From Patescibacteria group bacterium (GTDB taxonomy: Bacteria; Patescibacteriota; UBA1384; UBA12157; JAENIV01), in contig JAMCZU010000032.1 in assembly GCA_023485405.1 (NCBI GenBank), positions 400-64,399 of the forward strand: a stretch of 64,000 nucleotides of DNA. The letters run 5' to 3'. The position numbers and the translations under genes are program-made. A model generated the notes under the pieces. It was not told the DNA's origin and did no database searches. It was given only the letters and a program-made list of their open reading frames with translations. Within the stretch, counting starts at the first letter, position 1; each line of letters begins with the position of its first letter. Shown one piece after another: positions 30,370 to 38,337 of the stretch.

Positions 30370-31176
30370 CTAATCTAATTTTCCATTTTTATCTGTTTTG
30401 TTACCAAAAACAGGCCGAAAACTAAACAATTTTCCTGTTACTAATCCTATAAATTGGCACAAATAATAAAAATTTCTTTTACAGAAATCATATAAATCTT
30501 CTTTATTCGTAAAACCAACTGGATCCTCTTTTGCTAAATGATCAATTTTTTTAGCTTTTATAGCTGGGAAAGATTCGATTTCAGACATAGAAATTTGAAT
30601 ATTAATCGTACCTACTTTAAGTTGACCATAATGACTTGCAAAATCTCTTATTGAACGAGTCCCACTTTCAAAAATGCCAATTTCTTTAAAATAATTATTA
30701 AATTTTTTCAAAAGGCTTAAAATACTTTGTGCTTTCCTCGATTTTGCCTTAGGAACGTTCGAAAGTATATTGTGTAATTTTTTAAATGAATTATTATGTG
30801 AACCAAAAAACAAAGATATAACTCTAGCAATTACTTGTAAACAGGCTTCTTGTTGTAAAATAAAGGCTTCGTATTCGAAAACAATAGCTTCAGATGGTAC
30901 CCCAATAACACCTGGGTAAATACTCGTATGAATCTTGCTTATTTGATTATCATAAATTATTTTTTCTTCTTCCTCCTTTAGCCTTTTCATATGATAATAA
31001 CAAGCATTAATTTTATCAAAACAATCGAAAAGAATCTCTTTTAAATAATATTTTGGTATTTTTAAATTCGCTTTTTCCCTTGTGGGCCAAAAGTATGCAG
31101 ACCAATATTTGTGTCTATAGTTATAATGTGAGGCCACAAAAGATAGCATTTCTTTTGAAATTTCAGGAGGATTCAT
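30370..31176 (-). CDS. putative HEPN-domain protein
   Basis: Helical protein with Rx4H motif (RDFASH); low GC. Confidence 0.5.
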   Translation of the reverse strand: MNPPEISKEMLSFVASHYNYRHKYWSAYFWPTREKANLKIPKYYLKEILFDCFDKINACYYHMKRLKEEEEKIIYDNQISKIHTSIYPGVIGVPSEAIVFEYEAFILQQEACLQVIARVISLFFGSHNNSFKKLHNILSNVPKAKSRKAQSILSLLKKFNNYFKEIGIFESGTRSIRDFASHYGQLKVGTINIQISMSEIESFPAIKAKKIDHLAKEDPVGFTNKEDLYDFCKRNFYYLCQFIGLVTGKLFSFRPVFGNKTDKNGKLD

Positions 31177-31262
31177 GTTAGTAAATACCTCTATAATTTT
31201 ATTTCTTTCGTATTATACCATAAATTAAGATTAAATTCCTCTCAAAAACATTTTTAAAAAAG

Positions 31263-31691
31263 TTAAATATCTTTTGGTTCTATAAATTTAATCTTATCAA
31301 TCGAGGCGCAACATATTTTTCCCTTGATAGAATTTTTGGTCAATTTTTTAAGAACTTTTACTAAAATTCTTTGCGCCGTTTTTGGTTTTGTATCAGTCGC
31401 TTCAATTAAAATCACTCCGTAACTTTTTCTTATCATTTCTTGGTATTTTGAGTCAATTATAAAATCTCTATCAAAAGCTAATAGAATTGCCTCTTCTTTA
31501 ATGCAAGTTTCCAGATGTTTTTGGTCTGTAAGCCCTGGTTTCTTTAAAATTTTGAGTCCTTCAACAACAGTTTGGCCTCGAGACTTTAAAAATTTCCCCG
31601 CCGGAACGGGGAAATTTTCATCTAAGTAGAATTTGAATTTATGCGGGTAAGTAGTCAACCCTCTCCTTAGCATAGCGAATTTTTTCATCAA
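31263..31691 (-). CDS. DUF5615 / PIN-like toxin (true start probably about 31658)
   Basis: FYLDENFP, TD, AFDRDF. Confidence 0.8.
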   Translation of the reverse strand: MMKKFAMLRRGLTTYPHKFKFYLDENFPVPAGKFLKSRGQTVVEGLKILKKPGLTDQKHLETCIKEEAILLAFDRDFIIDSKYQEMIRKSYGVILIEATDTKPKTAQRILVKVLKKLTKNSIKGKICCASIDKIKFIEPKDI

Positions 31692-31863
31692 AATAATTCA
31701 ACGCAGTTCTCACTTGCTCTCTTTTTAGATGAGGGTAGTCTTTATAGATCTGATCAATATTATCATCAATAATATAATTATAGACTATATCAAAAGATAT
31801 ACGAGTACCAGAAATTCGCTTTTTACCTCCTAAAATATTTTTAGTACAAATAATTTTTGCCAT
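31639..31863 (-). CDS. DUF433 antitoxin
   Basis: ILGGK.RISGTRI, DYPHL..EQV..AL.Y. Confidence 0.85.
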   Translation of the reverse strand: MAKIICTKNILGGKKRISGTRISFDIVYNYIIDDNIDQIYKDYPHLKREQVRTALNYFDEKIRYAKERVDYLPA

Positions 31864-31920
31864 TTTTACTCCGTTTAATTATATTATACAACTTTTTCTA
31901 TTATGTTCAATTTGTCAATT

Positions 31921-34857
31921 TTATATTCTTTCCAATAATTCCTCGGAAATTTCGGAAAGAAAACGCGATGGCATATTAGCTTGGATGGAACCATAAAGCA
32001 GGCGCGAACAGGCATAACTAAAATACAGTCTTTTTCGCGCACGGGTAATACCAACATAACAAAGCCGTCGTTCTTCTTCAAGCTCCGCCGGCTCCATGAG
32101 AGAATTGGCATGAGGGAACAAGCCTTCTTCCATTCCCACCATAAAAACAATTGGAAATTCTAAACCCTTGGCGTTATGCAAAGTCATCAATGTGATCGCG
32201 TCAGTCGAACGGTCAAGATTATCAATATCAGAAACTAAAGTAACTTGTTCTAAAAAACTTTCCAGATTTTCGGCCGATGCCGCGACCGATTTTAATTCTT
32301 CAATATTCTCCCACCGTCCTTCCCCTTCTTCGGTGCCATCTAAAATCCAATTTTTATAAGTTGATTTTAGAGCCACTAAATCAATGAGTTCAGAGACTTT
32401 TATTTTTTTTGAAGTTTGACGAAGTTCTTCAATCATTTCTAAAAACTTTAATACTTTTGGATTGTTTTTGTCTATTTGGGATTTCTCGCCAATTCCTCGT
32501 GGGGGGACATTGATAATTCTTTTTTGAGCGACCCGATCGGTTGGATTTAAAATTAATTTCAAATAAGCCAAAATATCCTTAATTTCTCGTCTTTCGTAGA
32601 ATCTTAAAGCGCCAATTAAACGATATGGAATGCCTTTTTGCATCAAGGCTTCTTCAAAAATTCGTGACTGGGCATTAGTTCGATATAAAATCACAAATTG
32701 ATTATAACCGCCTAACATTTTAAGGGCTTCGACTTCGTCAAGAATAAATTCGGCTTCTTCCTTTTCACTTCGTGCTTCAAAAACCGTCGGTGCGATACCA
32801 TCTTCATTGTCAGTCCAAAGTGTTTTTTTACTCCTAACACAATTTTTTTCGATCACACATTGAGCCGAAGCAATAATTTTTTTAGTCGAACGATAATTTT
32901 GTTCCATCTTAATAATTTTCGCCTTAGGATAATCTTTCTCAAAATCTAAAATATTTTTAAAATTAGCACCGCGAAAACCGTAGATGGAGTTGTGAACGAC
33001 AACCCCTTCAGCAATATAATTATGCAAATTTTCAATATCTAGATCGTAAAGAACTTCATTAGTCATCCGACAATTGATACCGATAATTTCGTCTTCAACT
33101 ATTTTGCCGTTGCGAAGAACAGGAATGACCATCCCTGGTCTTAAGTTACTCACCGGCATAAAATCAAAACTCGTTTTACTATCCGTTAGTCGGGCTGATT
33201 TGATAATATCTAAACTATTAATTCCGGCTAATTTTTCAGCCAAAACTAGAGCTTCACTATAATCTTTTCTGGAGGTTTCAATCCGCCAGCTTCTTTTATC
33301 CATTCTAGTTGCGAATCCCATATTTTCAAATTTTTCACGTAATCTAGGATCTGTCGTAGTAATTCTGACTCGATGAGCATGCCAAGGTCTTTGTTGACCA
33401 AGACGATCCTCACCAAACATATTTAAAGTAATAAATTGCCGTCCTTGATATTTTTGCGTAAATTCTAAAGTCACAGCTTGAGGACGATGATGCGGAAAAT
33501 CCCACTTTAGATCTAAATCTTCTAATAAATTTTTGGCTCTTTTTTTGGTATCTATATTTTTAAATAACATGTCAATGTGTTCTTGCCGAATTTGCATAGT
33601 TCTACCTTGATTAAAAAATATAGAAGTTGGTATACCATAATAACTTGAAAAAAAGGCTTCATAATACTTAGCCTCCGAAAGATTCTTACAGATTTTTAAA
33701 ATCCACATTCTATCTGCTTTTTCTTGATTTGCTCGTACCTGTAATCCGTGAGCCGTTTCATGACCTTTTTTCCCATATCTAATACTTTTAGTAAAACCTA
33801 TCCTATATCCTTTATCTCTGCGAAACATTAAATAAACAAAAAAACTATCCTTGATTAGTTTCCATTTAGAGAAGAAAATGTGTTCAGAACTCGCCTCGAT
33901 CATATGTCCACTTTTTGTTTCAATTTGCCAAACTTTTCCTTTAAAATTTCGTTTAAAAACTTTTGATACCTCTGATTTCGTAGTAGTACCGTATCCATTA
34001 GCACAGATAACTTTGTCTTTCGGCTTAATTAATCTTATTTCTTTCTGACCTTCAGAAGTTAGTACTTTAGTCTTGCCAGATAAACATTGAAAATCATCCC
34101 CCACCACACAAATATTTTGATATTTTTTAGCTAAAAGAGTACTAAAACGATATTGCGCAAAATTGGTATCTTGATACTCGTCAATTAAAATATAACGAAA
34201 TTGATCTTGGTAGCGTGCTAAAACTGCCGGAAATTTTTCGAAAAGTTCCACAGTTTTAAAAAGTAAATCATCAAAATCCAGGGCGTTCGCGATTTTTAAA
34301 TCTTTTTGATACTGCTGGTAAATTTTTAAAACAATTTCACCAAAATGACCTTTGGAAAATTTGGCATAATTTTGAGGATTTAGAAGTTCATTTTTAGCTC
34401 CAGAAATATAATTTCTAATCACTCGAGGGTTATATTGTTTTTTATCAATTCCCACAACATCCATCGCATGTTTTACCGCCGATAAAGAATCGTCGCTGTC
34501 ATAAATATTAAAAGAACGAGTGTAATCTAAATTTTGAATATTAAAACGCAAAATCTTGGCGCAGATAGAATGAAACGTCCCTAGCCATGGCAGCTTTGAA
34601 ATTTGAAATTTAGAATTTGAAATTCCGAGTAACTTTGTTACTCGACTGGCCATTTCTTCAGCCGCTTTGTTGGTAAAAGTCACAGCTAAAATATTTTCCG
34701 GATGAATTTTTTTTTCACAAATTAAATAAGCAATTCGATGAGTTAAAGCTTTAGTTTTACCAGAACCTGCCCCTGCTAAAATTAAAACCGGTCCTTCGGT
34801 TGTAATAACCGCTTCTTTTTGTTCGGTGTTTAAATTTTCTAAAATATCTAAATTCAT
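31921..34857 (-). CDS. pcrA: UvrD/PcrA helicase containing an intein
   Basis: AGAGSGKT, DEYQDTN, GDDFQ|intein|SIYGFRGA, EEERRLCYV. Confidence 0.95.
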   Translation of the reverse strand: MNLDILENLNTEQKEAVITTEGPVLILAGAGSGKTKALTHRIAYLICEKKIHPENILAVTFTNKAAEEMASRVTKLLGISNSKFQISKLPWLGTFHSICAKILRFNIQNLDYTRSFNIYDSDDSLSAVKHAMDVVGIDKKQYNPRVIRNYISGAKNELLNPQNYAKFSKGHFGEIVLKIYQQYQKDLKIANALDFDDLLFKTVELFEKFPAVLARYQDQFRYILIDEYQDTNFAQYRFSTLLAKKYQNICVVGDDFQCLSGKTKVLTSEGQKEIRLIKPKDKVICANGYGTTTKSEVSKVFKRNFKGKVWQIETKSGHMIEASSEHIFFSKWKLIKDSFFVYLMFRRDKGYRIGFTKSIRYGKKGHETAHGLQVRANQEKADRMWILKICKNLSEAKYYEAFFSSYYGIPTSIFFNQGRTMQIRQEHIDMLFKNIDTKKRAKNLLEDLDLKWDFPHHRPQAVTLEFTQKYQGRQFITLNMFGEDRLGQQRPWHAHRVRITTTDPRLREKFENMGFATRMDKRSWRIETSRKDYSEALVLAEKLAGINSLDIIKSARLTDSKTSFDFMPVSNLRPGMVIPVLRNGKIVEDEIIGINCRMTNEVLYDLDIENLHNYIAEGVVVHNSIYGFRGANFKNILDFEKDYPKAKIIKMEQNYRSTKKIIASAQCVIEKNCVRSKKTLWTDNEDGIAPTVFEARSEKEEAEFILDEVEALKMLGGYNQFVILYRTNAQSRIFEEALMQKGIPYRLIGALRFYERREIKDILAYLKLILNPTDRVAQKRIINVPPRGIGEKSQIDKNNPKVLKFLEMIEELRQTSKKIKVSELIDLVALKSTYKNWILDGTEEGEGRWENIEELKSVAASAENLESFLEQVTLVSDIDNLDRSTDAITLMTLHNAKGLEFPIVFMVGMEEGLFPHANSLMEPAELEEERRLCYVGITRARKRLYFSYACSRLLYGSIQANMPSRFLSEISEELLERI
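32989..34086 (-). mobile_element. intein (366 aa) in PcrA motif III, non-LAGLIDADG central domain
   Basis: Begins CLSGKT, block B SSEHIFF, ends YDLDIENLHNYIAEGVVVHN|S. Confidence 0.92.
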
Positions 34858-34885
34858 TGCACGACTTATTATACAACAAGATAGC

Positions 34886-34913
34886 AAAAAGGCGTATCAA
34901 ATTGATACGCCTT
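34886..34913 (-). terminator. intrinsic terminator of putative ncRNA
   Basis: AAGGCGTATCA-ATT-TGATACGCCTTTTT on the minus strand. Confidence 0.7.
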
Positions 34914-35272
34914 GTCAAAAAATAGCGTCAGGAACGGATAGTTCTTAGTACGGATCGGATCAATCCATTCCCGAGTCCGGGGTTTGCTTGTCTCCCCACG
35001 CTCTGTGCCTGTGTACTCCGGCCGATTCCAGCCTTCCACAGAGTTCGCGTAGCCGGAAGTGGCTGTTAATTTTTGTGCTTTTTTATTTTCTGGTTTTTCG
35101 CGCCTTTTGCGCAGAATATAACCTTCAAGCTTGGCCTTTGCTTGAAGCCAGCCGCCAATTATAGATAGCACGGCCCGACCTATTTTATTGCTTCTGTTTC
35201 AAGACCTTCTTTTTCCTTTCCGTACTAAGGGAAATTTGGGTCTCTAGCTGGTCGGTCTGTTCCCAGCAAACT
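34890..35272 (-). ncRNA. putative approx. 380-nt structured non-coding RNA, family not recognised
   Basis: Consensus promoter and terminator, many hairpins, 5'/3' end complementarity, higher GC than flanks. Confidence 0.6.
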
Positions 35273-35278
35273 GATAAT

Positions 35279-35307
35279 ATTCTATCATAGATTAGTTACA
35301 ATGTCAA
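35279..35307 (-). promoter_or_regulatory. sigma70-type promoter
   Basis: TTGACA-N17-TAGAAT with extended -10 TG. Confidence 0.8.
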
Positions 35308-35321
35308 GACTTTTTGGTAAA

Positions 35322-35489
35322 TTAAAAGGCGCGATCGGAATCGGCCCAAATATACTTTAAATTATTGGCCGTCGTCGCGCCTTTATGGTATGGGCAAAGT
35401 AATTGGCTTTGTCCCTACCATAAGCATAAGCTTACAGTAAGAACAGCATAACTCCACCCCTGTTCTTCTCATCGTTTTATTTCGATGAT
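35322..35489 (-). ncRNA. putative approx. 170-nt four-hairpin RNA
   Basis: Own promoter; four consecutive stem-loops, the last followed by a U-tract. Confidence 0.5.
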
Positions 35490-35495
35490 TACATT

Positions 35496-35524
35496 ATTAT
35501 ACCGTATTTTAGACCAAAAGTCAA
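35496..35524 (-). promoter_or_regulatory. sigma70-type promoter
   Basis: TTGACT-N17-TATAAT. Confidence 0.8.
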
Positions 35525-35531
35525 TGGTTCT

Positions 35532-35578
35532 TTACATTCCTAAACCTATTGTCCACCTACGAGGTGGACATTTCGGTT
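35532..35578. repeat. REP-family dispersed repeat directly after dnaB
   Basis: Near-identical to 18387-18433. Confidence 0.85.
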
Positions 35579-38183
35579 ATGTCTCCTTTAGCTTCTTTTC
35601 GATGGTAGCAAACTTCATATATTCTGGTTTCCAGTAAAGTTGAACGTCGCCAGTGGGACCATGACGATGCTTGCGGATTAAAATTTCGGCAATATTTTTC
35701 TTTTCGGAATCTTGTTCATACATCTCGTCACGATAAATAAACATCACCACGTCGGCGTCTTGTTCTATGGAATTATGAACAACAATATCGTTAGCGATAA
35801 AATTATGGTTTTTTGGCACCGTTATATCATAAACTGATTCAACACCAACTTCCTTAATTTCAGCTATTTCATCCCAAAAAATATCCGAATCAGCCAAATC
35901 ACTAAGCACACCATCTCCTAAAACTTGGGCGATACTAGAAAGACGATTTCTAGAAATGCCATTATTATATCGCTGCGTGCCAGAATATGCCCATTGCATT
36001 TCTTGGTGGAATTGTCTCGTTGTCCAACCTAAATCCGTAAATTTTTGCACAATTTTCTGCCAAATATCTTTAGGAATAATATCAACATTAGTGTTTGGCT
36101 CGATTTGCCTTAAATCTTTAATTGCTTTTTTAACAATTTTATCTTTGCGACCAAAAATCCCGATCTCTTCCATAAATTTTAATTGATTTTCCGACCCTGA
36201 AATTACAAGATCAAAGACTGGCAAATACCCCCTCTTTTTATTGATTTTAATTCTTGATTGTATCTCAAAACGAAGCAATAAATGCTGTAAGCTTTTAATT
36301 AGTTTTTCACTTTTAGAAGCATAATGTAATCGCCAAATTCCCGAAGAAAAAGTCAAACCACCATCAGTTGAAAAAAGATGTCTGACAAAAAGAGCCAATT
36401 GCTTTTGAGATAATGTAAAGATAAGCTCAGGAATTTCTTTTTCACCAGAACGTTGGTCAAAAATCCCCAATTCTTCATCGAGCCACTTTACGATGGGATT
36501 TCTCCGACCACGAGCCAATGGCGCTGGTGCAGAAAGGTAAAGATGAAACCAAGTTTTTTGTTTAACTAAACGATTTTTTGTTCCAAATGCTTTTTGAGAC
36601 GCTCGATCAACAATACTAATACTTTCTGGATCAGCATTGGTGTAATGAAGTGGTTGATGTTTAAGATAGCATCCATCACCAATTAAATGAGCAAGTACAA
36701 TAATTTTTTCGTCTGACATTGTCACAATATTTTTAAAATCAATTCGCCGAGGGGTTGCTAACCGATCACCACCCGCTAATTTATCTAATCTCTCCCAGCC
36801 ATTAATAGTCATAAATTGATGATTGGCTGTTGCCTTAATTTTCCGGCCGCTTTTAAAAATAAGTTCAAAAACTTTTTTTCTTCCTGTTGAAAAGACTTTA
36901 TTGGCTATTTCTTTGAGTAATTTACCTTGTCCATCAACTGTTAAAACAGTAAATTCTTTTTGACCAACTAGTTTTTCAATTGGCTGGCAAATGCCTGTTT
37001 TAGCATTAAAAATTAAAGTGTCGCCGGTTAAACAACCACTCTCTCTAAGATCAGCTAACATTGGTTTTTTATCTGGACGGTGCTCCACTGCTCGGGATAG
37101 TTGCGATAAAGCTAATATTGGTACATTTAATTCCCTAGCTAAGGCTTTGAGTGAGCGGGAAATTTCCGAAACTTCTTGGACCCGATTGTCAGAACCCTTC
37201 GTGCTCATCCCCGACATTAATTGCAAATAATCAATCACAATTAAACCAAGATCTTGCTCCATCAAAAGTCGGCGACCTTTAGTTCTAATTTCCATCACAT
37301 TTAAAAAGGGTGAGTCATCAATAAAAATGGGTGTTTCTGAAAGCATCCCCATGGCATAATTTAATTTACCGAAATCTTCATCTTCCAAATTACCGGTACG
37401 TAACTTCCAGGAATCAACTGAACCTCGAAGGCACAAGAGTCGGTCAATAATCTGTTCTTTGGACATTTCCAACGAGAAAATTCCGACCGCTTGTTTATGT
37501 TCACAAGCAACATGATCGGCAATATTTAAAGCAAAAGCCGATTTACCCACCGACGGCCGAGCCGCCAGGATCACTAAATCTGATTTTTGCAAACCAGCCA
37601 GGACATTGTCTAAATCCCGAAAACCAGTCGGCACGCCTCGAATTGCCCCTTTTTCTTTGTGCAACTTGTCAATTCGATCAAAAGAATCAGCTAAAATATC
37701 TTTAATTGGCGTGAAATACTGTTTAACATATTTTTGCGAAACACTAAATAAAGTACTTTCGGCCCGATCTAAAATTGTCTCGAGTTCAGAATTTTCATCA
37801 AAACCAAGCTCGGTGATAGTCGCCGCGGCTGTGACTAAGCGCCTTAAAGTTGCTTTTTGATGAACAATATTAGCATAAGTTGTGATATGAGCAGCGGTTG
37901 GTACCGAATTGACCAAAGTAGCAATGTACGATGCACCACCAATACTTTTCAGTTTCTTATCTTTTTCTAATTCGTTGGTCAAAGTGACCACGTCAATCGG
38001 TTTTCGTTTTTCAAACAGTTTAATAATACAACTATATATAGTAGCGTGATCTTCGCGGTAAAAATCATCCGATCGCAAAATATCAGCCACTTTAATAATG
38101 GCATTTTGATCCAAAAGCACTGAACCTAGAACTGATTGCTCTGCTTCAATATTTTGTGGGGGAACCTTTATGCCGTCGGGCAT
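35577..38183 (-). CDS. dnaB: replicative DNA helicase containing an intein
   Basis: PPQNIEAEQSVLG, AARPSVGKS, DYLQL, DLRESG|intein|SIEQDAD. Confidence 0.98.
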   Translation of the reverse strand: MPDGIKVPPQNIEAEQSVLGSVLLDQNAIIKVADILRSDDFYREDHATIYSCIIKLFEKRKPIDVVTLTNELEKDKKLKSIGGASYIATLVNSVPTAAHITTYANIVHQKATLRRLVTAAATITELGFDENSELETILDRAESTLFSVSQKYVKQYFTPIKDILADSFDRIDKLHKEKGAIRGVPTGFRDLDNVLAGLQKSDLVILAARPSVGKSAFALNIADHVACEHKQAVGIFSLEMSKEQIIDRLLCLRGSVDSWKLRTGNLEDEDFGKLNYAMGMLSETPIFIDDSPFLNVMEIRTKGRRLLMEQDLGLIVIDYLQLMSGMSTKGSDNRVQEVSEISRSLKALARELNVPILALSQLSRAVEHRPDKKPMLADLRESGCLTGDTLIFNAKTGICQPIEKLVGQKEFTVLTVDGQGKLLKEIANKVFSTGRKKVFELIFKSGRKIKATANHQFMTINGWERLDKLAGGDRLATPRRIDFKNIVTMSDEKIIVLAHLIGDGCYLKHQPLHYTNADPESISIVDRASQKAFGTKNRLVKQKTWFHLYLSAPAPLARGRRNPIVKWLDEELGIFDQRSGEKEIPELIFTLSQKQLALFVRHLFSTDGGLTFSSGIWRLHYASKSEKLIKSLQHLLLRFEIQSRIKINKKRGYLPVFDLVISGSENQLKFMEEIGIFGRKDKIVKKAIKDLRQIEPNTNVDIIPKDIWQKIVQKFTDLGWTTRQFHQEMQWAYSGTQRYNNGISRNRLSSIAQVLGDGVLSDLADSDIFWDEIAEIKEVGVESVYDITVPKNHNFIANDIVVHNSIEQDADVVMFIYRDEMYEQDSEKKNIAEILIRKHRHGPTGDVQLYWKPEYMKFATIEKKLKET
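35772..37034 (-). mobile_element. DnaB intein (421 aa) with LAGLIDADG homing endonuclease
   Basis: CLTGDT, TANHQF, LAHLIGDG and RHLFSTDG blocks, VYDITV..NHNFIANDIVVHN|S. Confidence 0.95.
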
Positions 38184-38310
38184 TCTGCCCTCCTTTGAAT
38201 AAACTTAAAACTCAAAAGTTAAAACTACAACAGAAAGCTCAAACAATTATTATCTTTTTAGCTTTATCATGCAGTTTTCAGTTTTGCACTTTTAGTTTTT
38301 AGTTGCAACA

Positions 38311-38337
38311 TGTGGAAACTGTGGATTATGGGGATAA
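38311..38337. promoter_or_regulatory. three tandem DnaA-box-like 9-mers upstream of dnaB
   Basis: TGTGGAAAC TGTGGATTA TGGGGATAA vs consensus TGTGNATAA. Confidence 0.6.

Noticed and set aside
34869-35171. 100-aa ORF from the track
   Set aside because: No RBS or motif, and it runs through a terminator hairpin; a structured RNA explains the region better.
35210-35230. Sarcin-ricin-loop-like AGTACGAAAGGA suggesting a 23S rRNA fragment
   Set aside because: The flanking helix does not match and no other rRNA sequence is present; the bases have a perfect alternative partner at 34944-34952.
34890-35272. tmRNA, RNase P or SRP assignment
   Set aside because: No T-loop/CCA end, no GAGGAAAGTCC and no SRP helix-8 motif found by eye; left unassigned pending cmscan.
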